From Acanthaster planci (Eukaryota): DNA of 64,000 nucleotides. Location: positions 62,001 through 126,000 of the forward strand of contig NW_019091356.1 in NCBI RefSeq assembly GCF_001949145.1, written 5' to 3'. Positions 48,925 to 60,813 of the stretch are shown piece after piece. Every line of letters starts with the position of its first letter. The stretch's first letter is position 1. The notes under the pieces are model-generated. The model made no database searches. It saw only the letters and a list, made by a program, of their open reading frames with translations, and was not told where the DNA came from. The position numbers were made by a program, and so were the translations under genes.

Positions 48925-51900
48925 ACCTGGTTCATTCAAACCATGCAGCACTGTCAACCCAGAATACAGCAGCTCAATTAGCACAGAGACTAAACAGACC
49001 ATATTTACACAATCTCCCAAAATGTTCATAGTTACATGTATTTCCCAACTAATTCCTCGCTTAAAGGCACCCGCCCCCCCTTAAAAAAATCCTTGTGAGC
49101 TGAACAGACTGCTGACAATAGATTTCTGCATTGGAAAGCCAACAGAGCTATATGCATGTATATTTACTGGAGTGCCAACTCACTGTACGAATGAAGTCTG
49201 GTGGGTGCATCAACATTTGTACACATACATGTACATATAAAAAACTCCAGATTTTGTACTGTTTTTGTACATCTATGGCATGTTTGCATCTGTATTCTAA
49301 AACAATGCATTAATAAGGCTGCATGACGTGCTGAAAACCTAAATTTAGAATAAGTATATAGGCATTAAGTTTTGCTCAGTACAAACAACAGCATGGTTAT
49401 ACGCTGTAGATTAAATGGCAGGTAATAAGTGAATTGTGTACTTGCACATAGTATTTTGACTACATAATTAAGAATTGGTTTCATCTTATTTTATTACATG
49501 CATGTTCTACAAATACACACATAAATTCTAAATGTTTGTGCCCAGGAAGCCTCCAAGCTTCTTTGCATGTTAGTAAATTAATATAACTCCATGTGAAAGA
49601 CTCTGACTTCAGTACTTTGAACATCCATGAATACTGTGGAAACATTATTTGGAGTATTTTAGTTATGATTGAGTTAGATAGGTAAGATTATTACTTTTTA
49701 TTAAGTAACTGATTTAGAAAGAAACCTGTATCTATATTATCCAGCAATTATAGTCTATTTGGTCTTGTTTGTCACACAAAAAATAAAACATGTACTTGTC
49801 AGGTTTATAAATGAGATGTAATGATTTTTATGTTAGCAGAGTTAGAGTAAGTGATCTTTCAAAAAACACAAAGCAAGGCATGCAGTCTGTGACTTTTGCA
49901 GTAGGTTTGCAGAAAAATCCACCGAAGTTTACAGTCTTGTTAACAGAATTCAAACCTACAGTGAGCACATTTGATCTGATTGATTTCTTTGAATTTTTCT
50001 GACAGGAAAATCCTAGCGCTGAACCAGAAAAGACAAATCATCATCATCACTCATGGGATTTTCAGTAAAATTGGGTTTAAAGAACCAAACAGTAAACATG
50101 GTAAATGTAAGCACTGAACTAAATGCATAAGAATTCTGCATTCCCAAAACTGTCAACATACATGAAGACTGCAGGCTGTGTGAGTGGTATATAGCATTTA
50201 AATTTGCATGAAAGGTTTATATCCTACATGTAAATCGAATGGACAACCAATAATGTTTAAGTTAGTGCAGAAGTTTTGCGTCCTTAAAAATGATTAACAC
50301 TGTGTAGATAGTCAATGATATTTTCAGTTATATTAAAGTATATATGGTAGTGTATTTCTGTTTAGTTCTATTACTTGCAACTTTCTCAGTTACCATTACA
50401 GTGACTTGCACCATATACTCGCAGTAAAATTTCCAATATTCCTATGCAACCAAGCTCCAGTGGACAACTTCTTGTTCTTTTTTCTTTGCAGTTAAACTGG
50501 CGAATCATAAAGTATATGAAAGTTTACCAATTATATTTCAAGAGTTGTACACAAATTCAACTTCCCTGAGAGTAACCCGTTTATGTATAGCACAAGAGAA
50601 GACATATGCATGTCAGCCTCATCATTGAGCATCACATTGTGATATCACAGACTAATATCCCCACCCCACAGTCCAAACCATAATGAGCAAACTGATAATT
50701 GACATTCATTGGTACCTCTGCTAATTTTACTATCCAGATGATAATACATGTCGCAAAATCAAGTGGGAGCAGTGAACTGGAAGTATAAATGATACAATCA
50801 GCTGTATCAGAGGGCTATAATTGTTTAACGATGGTTGAAGCTCATTAAAAGATGATTTTTCTTATACATGAAGTTCAATACCGTAATGTCTGCTGAACTG
50901 AGAGACACATGTTGATTTTCCTCTGAAATTGCTTTTAAAACTTCTGATACTGCTTCCAAACAATTTTTATTGCTTCTGACACATGCAGCCAACAAAATTA
51001 AACCCATATGGGATGTACCAAGTCTCTGCATGTCATCGGCGCAGAAACAGACCAAGACACCCATCGGTTTAATTAAATTGTGGACTTTTAGTTGAGGAAA
51101 ATATTTTAGAGAATTGAAAACAGGTGTATGCATGTAACTAAACAATAGTGCACTGCTGTCATGTGGGACATTATGTTTCAACACTCTATGGGACGTACAT
51201 GTGTAATACCCATCTCCAGTGCTACATGTACGAGTCCCTCGGTTGTTAAAACGTGTCCTACATCACAGCAGTCCATAATTCTTAATTACCTACATTTATC
51301 TACCTTTTATAAATGACCGATTTTAAGGTTCAGAACACTGTGCACACGTATTTGTCTTGTATGCCTTTACCACAGTCAATATGGAACTGTAAAGACAATG
51401 GCTTAGAAACAAGACTCTTAACAAAATCTTCAAAAACACATAATCTAATACTGACAAAGAATCTAGTAGATTCTCTTTTATTTCAAAACAATGATGGTTT
51501 CTTGGACTGGGTTCATATCCACTGTAAATATTTACTTTTTGTCAGAATAATATCGTATCAGATTACTGATATTTCATAATAGACACAAATAAAGAAAAAT
51601 GAATAGACCAAAAACCAGTATGTTACAAACATTCATTTCACAGTATTTCATGCAAGTGACATAAGCCAAAACGAAACGTTGAAAATAATATGAATGACAA
51701 ATGGAACAAGAAACAAGCACCAAAACAGAAGCCACAAAAACAGACATTTCTGAAGGAAAGCCCGTTTCTACAGAATGTAATTCTTCTCATATGTGTATCT
51801 GAGATATACTGGTATCAATTCAGAACCAAGAATTTAACCCAATTTTTAACTGAATGAAGATGATATCAAGGATGTGTTCACTCTAGTGACTGTAAACTAG

Positions 51901-52837
51901 TAACTGCAGAGTGGAAGAAATGAAAAATCAGTTGCAAAGAGAACAGAGATTCCTGTTAGATTCACACTACTCTCATGCTAAACTTAACAGGTGGTCACAG
52001 AAGGTGGTCACAGAAACTTTCTGAGGAGCTGCAGTGTTAACAGGTTGCCAACAGGAACAGCTATGACACGTCCATGAGTGCGCTGTAAATTTTTTTACAG
52101 GAAGACTGGTTCTCTACTCCCTTTGTGTGTGAGCACTCACACTGCTGGTTTCATTACACACATGTAGTACTCTCCATATTTCAATAAAGGCAGCCTGTCT
52201 CTTGCCTCACAAATATTATGATGAATTTAACTTAATGAATGAATAATAAGACCAGGCTTTGTACAACGAGTTTTGGTTTGGGAGAAAATATACAGGAAAC
52301 GTCAGCCACGTAAAATAACCACTACATGCTGTGCTACATTTGGTTAACCACAAATGGAAACAACAATCAGTCACTGCTGGCACAAATACATGTACATGTA
52401 GACAAGCCAAAATGGAGTCCCAATTAAAAGAGGAAAAGTCCAATGCAAACACAATAAATGGTTAATAAATGCAGTAAAGCTCATGCACATATGATGAACA
52501 CAGATAATCATATTTGATATTCAATTTCTGACACAATTTGCAGAATAACAGGTGCATGCACGTGTACATGTAAGAGTACTTGCTTCATGTTTTCCCTTGC
52601 ATTATCAATCCACTGTCATGTTGGCAATCTCGCTCATAGCGGGTGACATCTACTGTAGCAGTCAATTTATCAGGAATTTAACAGCGACAACTTGTTGAAG
52701 CGCTTTCCATACAGGTTCCCAACATACTTTTGTCACTTCATTGTAACTTTCCACTGTTCAGTATCAAGCATGCAATATAAAGTCACCTTTGTGAACTGTC
52801 AATACCATCAACTGTAGCCAATCAATCAGTCCATCCC

Positions 52838-55800
52838 TTACACCTCTTCCTGTTGTTGAAATTCTTGAAGTGTTTGATTGTCAACAGCAATCAAAAGAAA
52901 CTCTACACCGTCCAATCCCTGAATGAAAAGAGTTTAGAAAACTAACATTCATTAAGGAGGGGCAATACAAATGGAAGGCAACATATGCTTCATAAACAAG
53001 ACTGGCCCCACTGTAATTGGCATGCAATATCTGCAAGCAGTATGTAGTAGAACCGAGTAGCTACATTGGGAGGTTCATTCATGCAGAAATCAATTATACA
53101 TTCTATTTGAGATGATATTTGAAATATTTATCACCAACTTCAGGGTCATTAGCTTCACCCAATCAGACAGTGAATGAGGCATCACATATTCTAACATAAA
53201 TATAACATACTGGAAGCATAGCATAACATAACATAAATGAATATACTCCTGTAAAAAAATTGAAAATTAAACCCACATAAAATCTGATACCAAGTGTGCC
53301 TTCAGGATATATCTTTAATATTTAAAAAAATCTCTCAACAGAATACTATTAAACAGGGAAAATTCCAATAGGATGCCTTCTCTATCACCTTCCCACTTTA
53401 GTTATATACAGTTACTGTTTCAAAATGAATAGCGTTTCATTTGAAGTGACTTGAAGGGTGAAATGTGTCATACATGTATATCAAAAGACTGTCATTGTTT
53501 TTTGCCCATTGTGACTTTTCCTTGGCAACAAATGCTTGAATTAATCTGAGCACCAAAGGTGTATATGAACATGTATAATGGGAAAGTGTAGAAAAAACAA
53601 AGTGAATTCTAAAACCTTAAAACTGTCAGCCTACTCTATCTACCTCAAGCTGAGGTGCACCCTCAATGGGAAAGAAAGACATATGGTACTAACTTTTCAA
53701 ACCAGGTTCTTGCACACCTTTGGCGTGCACGTGAAGATCACACATTTCAAGGCAACGTGTACCCAGCATGCCTGCCTGCCTGCCTGCCTGTGGGGAACGC
53801 GCAGAAAGTTGCATGCCTATGTGGTGAATGTGTAGCAAAGGACTTGCAATTTCATTTCAAAACACACCCTCTGTTCTTCCTGCTCGAAGTGAATAATGCT
53901 ACCAATACTTACCTTTTTAGATCTGACAAGTTTGTGATCTCTGAATTCCGTCAGCTGGGCCCTGAGTGTTAACTCACTGTTAACAAGGAAAGCTTCACGA
54001 CACCTCTGGTACAAGTCATGAAAGGACAACCCTGCAGAAATGACAGCACAAAGATTTGGACTGTTCAAACTCCATAAACATGTACAATGCTTCCAATGGA
54101 ATACAATTCCCAATAGCTGCTTCACTGAATGAACAAATTTTGACATTTACAATGTACACCACAACACTGAAACAGATTTATCCAACTCTGAGCAGTATCC
54201 TTTGGTGGAATGATGTTACCAGAAGTAGCACAGAAATGAAACAAAATAGCTGTACAGAAAGCCTCATAAAAAGGTATTATTAATATCAATAATTCTATAC
54301 AAGAACTAATATTAGAACTTATCGCTTTACAAAAACCATACTTAACTACAGGTGGTGTTGGTGAATAAACACATAGCTGTTCCCAAATGTTTTTTGTTGT
54401 CTTTTGATGACTGTCAACAAGTATAAGTTTGCAATGAATTGAATTACAAATAACTGCCAAAGTAGCATGTGTAACGAAAAACCAATTATCACTGCAATTG
54501 AATGTATAGGGCATGAGATACGACAATTTGTGTGTTAAAATACAAGTTCTGGTCAAAGCGGAAGTAGAGGTCACACGAGGTTATATCAATTTCCATCTAT
54601 AACATGTCCCTGACGATGTGCATGCCAAATTTGAGTTAAATCTGTCAAATAGTTTACTAGTTATTAGACTGTAAAGAATGAACATTTGAGTTGAGGTCAC
54701 GTGACCCCTGATGACGTCATGATTACAAAAGTTATATGGTACATCTTCTGATGATGGTTAATTACTCTACCGAGTTTGAAATTGATAGGACCTAAAACAA
54801 TTGCCAAATTGCTTTGTAGAAAAAAACAGTGGAAAAAGAAAAAAGGAAAAAAAAAACTTTAGCGACTACAATAGCTGTTAACAGCTAAAAATTGGAATAA
54901 AGTTTACTGACTTTTCCTTTCAATTTAACTGACCTTGATATGCTGCATTGTCCTGATGTGATAGCTGATACTCAACAAGGAGGTTGAAGATGCCCCTGTT
55001 CATCAAAAGAAAAAGCAAAATAACTTTCTCAAAGAGGGTGGTGTTCAGTAATGATCACCAAGGGGAGGTGATAGATGTATATGTACATGTATGGTAAAAA
55101 CTTGGGGCACATAATCACGTGTTCATCATGTACACATTAATGTACAGGTATTTGATGTACTTGAACGTCTGCGACTATAAATACATGTGTCAACTTTGAC
55201 TTACACTCTTTACCTACGTAATTCAGTCTGGAACTACTGCCAAAATGTGAATTTGGAACAAAGCAAAGTACATGTACTTCAATACATGATACTGATTCAA
55301 ATGTGCGGAGGTGTTATGACAAATATTAATGTTGCACGTAAACTCACCTGGCATTAGGCGTAAGACTTCGTAGAACATGAGTGAGTGAGCTAAGTGCTAG
55401 AACACCAGACTGCTGGACCAAGAGTGAATTCTCATAAGAAGTTTCCTCCGTATAAGGTTCAAACATTGTGACATCATACCACACCCAATAGAAACTGCTG
55501 GATTTGGACTGGTCCCAGACTAGAAGAAAACATTGCATATGAAGCAAGGTATGAGACGGAGAGACCCCCCTCCCCCCGCTTTGTGTCAGTCATTGTCTCA
55601 CTGGAATCTGAGGAATTCTTTTCAGACATCTAGGGGGATGTGTTAGGTGACAATACTGCAGAGTGTGTATGTCCATTGGACAAGTTAGGGGGGTACCCCT
55701 CGGTCTCATTTCTTGCTGGATATAGATCATAGGCATTATAAATTCCTTGTTGCTTCAAGAGTAATAAGAACGGGTTGATTGAATGTGATTTGAGGGTCAT

Positions 55801-58800
55801 TTAATTTGCTGATTTTCCTCAACAGGAGTTGTAACTGTCTACCTGTAATATTATGGACACTCGTACAATGTACACATGTAAGGGCACTCAAACAAACAGT
55901 CTGATTATGGAGGAACAATGAACAAACAAACTTTGACTGAGTCGGCAAGTCAAAATAAACATTTTGAAGTCATAACTTACTTAGTGGAGCATTAATGTGA
56001 TCAATTGTTGCAATGATATGGACGAAAGCTGACTGAGACAATGCTGAAAGAAAGGACTGAACTTTGTGTCCTCGAAGCATCATTCCATCAATATTATGAA
56101 TAATTAGAAACAATGGCTCTGAAATGAACAAGAACATTGAACACCAATTAAANTATAAGTTTCATATCCACAAACAGTTATTACCATTTGAAATTTTAAA
56201 AAGAACAGGTATTTGAAACTTTTTTTGTAAATTGAAGTTCATGTACAAATTAAAGATACATAGTTGCAAATTACACAACTAAACAGTAACACTAATGGAT
56301 CATTTGAACCATCTACACAAATTAATGACAGTTCAGAAAAAAACTCATAAGATTCTATTCCTCTATAAACTATCATTCATCCTCACATGAAATACCAAAA
56401 TCTGTTTGTCCAATATCATGTATTTACTTTTTTTTCTGAACAGCAACTGTATACGTGTACATGAATACATACATGTATGTATACATATACATGTACATTA
56501 ATCAGTTGTGAATATTTTTTAATTGAATTCTTCAAGTACCTTCACGTTCTTCTAATATGTTATGGATATACTCAGACTGCTCAGCTAGACTACGAAACCC
56601 GACTGCATGGTCAAATACATCGTCAGTTATGCTGTTCAAGATCTGCAAAGCAAAGTTAAAAGGGCAACCTGTAAACATGTACAGAGCAACACATCTCTAC
56701 ATTTCTTGACTATAGATTAGAATTCGCCTAAATTAGGATGCATGTTAGAACCTGGTGTAATTGGTGAATATTAGACCACACTAGAGCAGAGAAACCATAC
56801 ATGTACACAATCACATATTCCTTGAAACTATTAAGTACAAATGTGTACACATATACATTATAGTCTATTAAGTTTTGGTCATTTTCTACAAAAGGTTTTT
56901 CGGCTATTAAAAAAGTTAAATTGCTTTGATTTTCCAAACACATCTTCAAGGAAGTATCAATTATTATGCCTCTGTTAGACCAACCACAGCCTATCCAAAC
57001 TTTAACCCCCTTTTGCACACTATACATCACACTAAGCTTGATTGCAGCAACAGCTGTATGCAACTTTTCTGGTGCTATAGTACGAGCATTACATTGTAAC
57101 CGACTGTAGTACGAGCATTACGTGGTAACCGACTGTAGTACGAGCATTACGTTGTAACCGACTGTAGTACAAGCATTACGTTGTAGCCGACTGTAGTATG
57201 AGCATTACGTTGTAGCCGACTGTAGTACGAGCATTACGTTGTAGCCGACTGTAGTATGAGCATTACGTTGCAACCGACTGTAGTACGAGCATTACGTTGT
57301 AGCCGATTGTAGTACGAGCATTACGATGTAACCGACTGTAGTACGAGCATTACGTTGCAACCGACTGTAGTACGAGCATTACGTTGTAGCCGACTGTAGT
57401 ATGAGCATTATGTTGTAACTGACTGTAGTACCAGGATTAAGTTGTAACTGATTATAGTGCCAGGATTATCTTGTAGCTGACTGTAATACGAGCATTACCG
57501 GTACACTGTAACCAACTGAGGGACAATAATTCTGTTTCAATGTTCAACTTACACTTTTGACAGTAAGTCCTGGGAAGAATCCATTGATCACAACATGATT
57601 CCAGCTGCTCAACATCTCTACCCTGAACATGTCTAGAAGATGTCTCTTAGAACCAAGACCATACAACATCAGATTGAAGCCATTGCTAAGAACAAAGAAA
57701 ATCAAAACTCAGACCAAGAATCCTATTCATGAAAAGAATGTAATTCTTAGAGGAAACTTCGAAAGAAAGAAGTGCGGGTCACTACATGTATTCTTACCTT
57801 AACTGGAACATCCACTTATTAAACAAGCCTCTGTATTCCTGATACATCTCTTGGATTTCTTCAGTGTAGCTATTTGGGGTATTAGTTAGTGCCTTGTGAA
57901 CCTGCTCTTGATCCATCTGTGGAATTGCTAGTCTGGCCAGAGTGTGGTCGGAGGTCATTGACTGACCAGAATGTGCCGAGAAGTATTCTTCTGCCATGTT
58001 GGGCTGTAGACAGAGCAAGTTCAACTTACAATGTAGAACAATGCTGTAAAAATAATACATATCATTTACAAAGAGCAACAAATATTGAATCTCAAACTTG
58101 GACGTTTAGACTATCATTGTGCTTGAGGTTTTGTCTTCGTTGATTACAATGTAAATGTATTTCTGATTACGAGGTACACGTATAGGGATAAGCAATAGAG
58201 GGATTTCACATTAGCGCCGTCTGCACATATCTGCATCGAAACCAAGGCTCTCTGTGTTGAACTTCGTCGCGCGTGCCCATGGGGTCCACACAGTACATGG
58301 AGTATCCATTTCTTAAGTGTGATGCAACTTCAGTTTAATCCAGGCCCACTGCACATGCAGATACACGACCATCGCAGAAACGCTAGTGCGCAGTCAATTG
58401 TCGTTATTTTTTCTTTTGATTTACGTGTTGAGTCATCATGAAAGACTTCCACAAAATTTTGCAGCCTAAAAAGTCTGAATTTAACTATCCTTTACATATT
58501 TTGTGTCCTGACTCCTTACTTTCAATCATCTGATTGTATTAAGAACTGAAGCTAACACAACCTCGTTTTCAAATGCCGAAGTGTGCAGATCATTGCTAAA
58601 AGCGTTGTATTGAGATCCCTCTATAGAGCAAAATTTCTCCAAGCACATCTCAACCAATCCTACCAGTTCAACTTCCCCTCTGGTTCTCCTGCGTGTCATG
58701 GGACCCTTTACAGCAGAACCCCTGGCAGGTGTTACAACCTTTCCGTCACCACATGTTGCACTCCCTGTGACATTCCTTCCTGACTTGTATGTAGGTGTGG

Positions 58801-60712
58801 TACTGTGCTTGCTATGAGTGCTACTGTTGTCATCACTGCTGTCTTCCCCAGAGCTACATGTAGATACCTTTGAGGACTCACTATCATCATCTGAATCAGG
58901 TAAGGTTCCTAAAGGTAAGGATTTAAAATGCAACAATGACCTGGGCATTTTAATTTGGAAGCCCATTTTGATCAAGGTCTTAGCAAAATCTCCCAGCTTT
59001 TGAAATCGGTGCAGTAAATCCATTTAGCATCCATCCAAGCTACGTATGTGCATATATATGCGTCTTGATTTTCACTATTTTTACTTTTTACTTACTTCTA
59101 CACGTATTTTTTCTTATCCCTCTTGACCCAACCTTTTGAGTTTGCTTTTTGCTTGACATTGGTGTGACACTACTTCTTGCCAGTTGTGCCATCTGTCCAG
59201 TCCGCTTGATCTTCTTGAATTGATAAACATCGGCTCCTTTAATACCTGTTTCATCGAGCAGTACTGAGAAAATAGTTAACAAAAACAAAAAATTGAAGCT
59301 ACTTGTACAGTGGTTGACAAAGTCAACAATGGTACATTTTTGCTGAGGTTGAGATATAACGTGCATGGCTATTTATGAGCAAACTCTGTATTTACTCTCT
59401 CAAGAGCATATGTAATCAATATTTCATTCAAAAGTCAAAACCAAGTAAATTACAAGGATGGATCACACTCTTATCAAATGACGAAGGATATTCTCTCATC
59501 ATACATGTATGTCAGATCAATGTCATAAAAAAGGATCACTCAGACATGTAATTAACTTGTAATGACATTAATATCAGTTCTGCTTCATGTGTCTCATCAA
59601 AAGTATCAGACTGCCAAGAATTCTGGCTATTCATGAATTACCATCTGGTGTTTTGTTGAAGTGAATGTCTTCCTTTTCCTCATTATTCTTATCCTCATCT
59701 GATGAATCTGCCAAGTCCTTATCAAATTCCAAGAGGCTCTCCTTATAATTGACCGACTTTCTGGTAGATCTCACTGGTCTCTGAGAGGGTGTTGATGCTA
59801 GAGTTTGCACTTTTGACCTCCTTGGCTTTTTGGCTAGAAAAGTAAAATTATTTAGAACATACTGTACATATATGAGGAAATAGCAGTTTTGGAAGAGCCC
59901 ATTGGTACATGTACATGTAGTATCTTATCGCTCAGTCCGTTTATTACGTATGTCTTGACATGCAACAGCCGCTGAGACGATGAGGGTCAAGTGACGTAAT
60001 GTTCAACGATCTTATTTTAAAGATGGCGACTGGGAGAGCGAGCCCATTAGATTGAATGGATAAAGGCAAAAAGACTGGTAAATACCTGAATAACGCAAGT
60101 GAAATCATTCAATACATGGTTTTAGAAAGCGGAAAGGTCAAGGATCATGTTCGTATGCAAAAGAAATTGCGCCCACGATGGTAAGTGGGTGCGCCAAAAA
60201 TGTTCAGTACGCCGACACGAAATTGCGCAAAGGAATGTGTGGCTAAGGATGGATCGGGAGTGAGAGTCCGTTCCACACTAGTGCTGGGGCTAGGGTGAGT
60301 TGACCTACAATCCCACCACGGCACTGGCAGTGCAAATTATCAGTCACCTATGTCCCTACCCCAAGAACTGCGGGGTCCGACGTCGGACCCTAGAGCACAT
60401 TTCTGGGGGTAGCCTAGCCAAGGTGGACTCCCTGACCGTAGGCCTACTACGTTAGTCCTAATCATGTAATGAAGACAACGCCTAGCTAGCTACGTCCAAC
60501 CTGGAATAGCTCTCGGGCCCGGGTAGCCTACCCATGTCCCACGCATTTCAACTTGTCACTATGGGCTATATATATATCATACACCATATAAATACATTAT
60601 CCCAATCCTGATTTTCCTTACCTGAGCAGACATCATTAACGGTCACAATGTGTCGAACGACCTCGTCATTTCCTACAAATTCGAGTGACACCCGTACCCT
60701 GGACGCTGCCAT
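52838..60712 (-). CDS. ORC2: Origin recognition complex subunit 2, ~569 aa; 12 exons
   Basis: Exons 60712-60622, 59833-59642, 59263-59096, 58908-58664, 58003-57798, 57685-57553, 56642-56540, 56118-55981, 55519-55348, 54995-54934, 54031-53913, 52918-52838; all GT-AG and phase-consistent. Diagnostic ORC2 peptides: [126 protein letters not shown]. Confidence 0.97.
54542..54890. mobile_element. Possible non-autonomous Helitron/Helentron (HINE-like) element in an ORC2 intron
   Basis: Starts at acaag, has two degenerate internal units with gaggtcac and ccaaatttg/ccgagtttg, and ends in a 16-bp palindrome TAGCTGTTAACAGCTA (54872-54887) followed by an A-run. No TSD seen. Confidence 0.45.
57078..57498. 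repeat. 29-bp minisatellite, ~14.5 copies, in ORC2 intron 6
   Basis: Unit tagtacgagcattacgttgtaaccgactg at an exact 29-nt period, head-to-tail, degenerating toward 57420-57498. Confidence 0.95.
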
Positions 60713-60813
60713 CTTATCTCACGCGCCAATTCTTTGAAGGTTAACTCCAATAATGAATAAGCGTTTATTTGGCAAAGCACAAACAAACGAACGCGTCCTG
60801 ACGAATTTCCAAG
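60713..60813. promoter_or_regulatory. Compact bidirectional promoter region between ORC2 and ZNF830
   Basis: Only 101 bp separate the divergent ATGs. E2F-like TTGGCGCG on the minus strand at 60722-60729 and ACGCGT at 60791-60796. Both start codons sit in AAGATGGC (YY1-like). CpG-rich relative to the gene bodies. Confidence 0.7.

Noticed and set aside
57078..57498. CRISPR-like array (29-bp repeats)
   Set aside because: Units are head-to-tail with no unique spacers, there are no cas genes, and it lies in a eukaryotic intron; it is a minisatellite.
58526..59023. 165-aa ORF as a standalone gene
   Set aside because: Its core (58908-58664) is ORC2 exon 4 with proper splice sites; the flanks are intronic.
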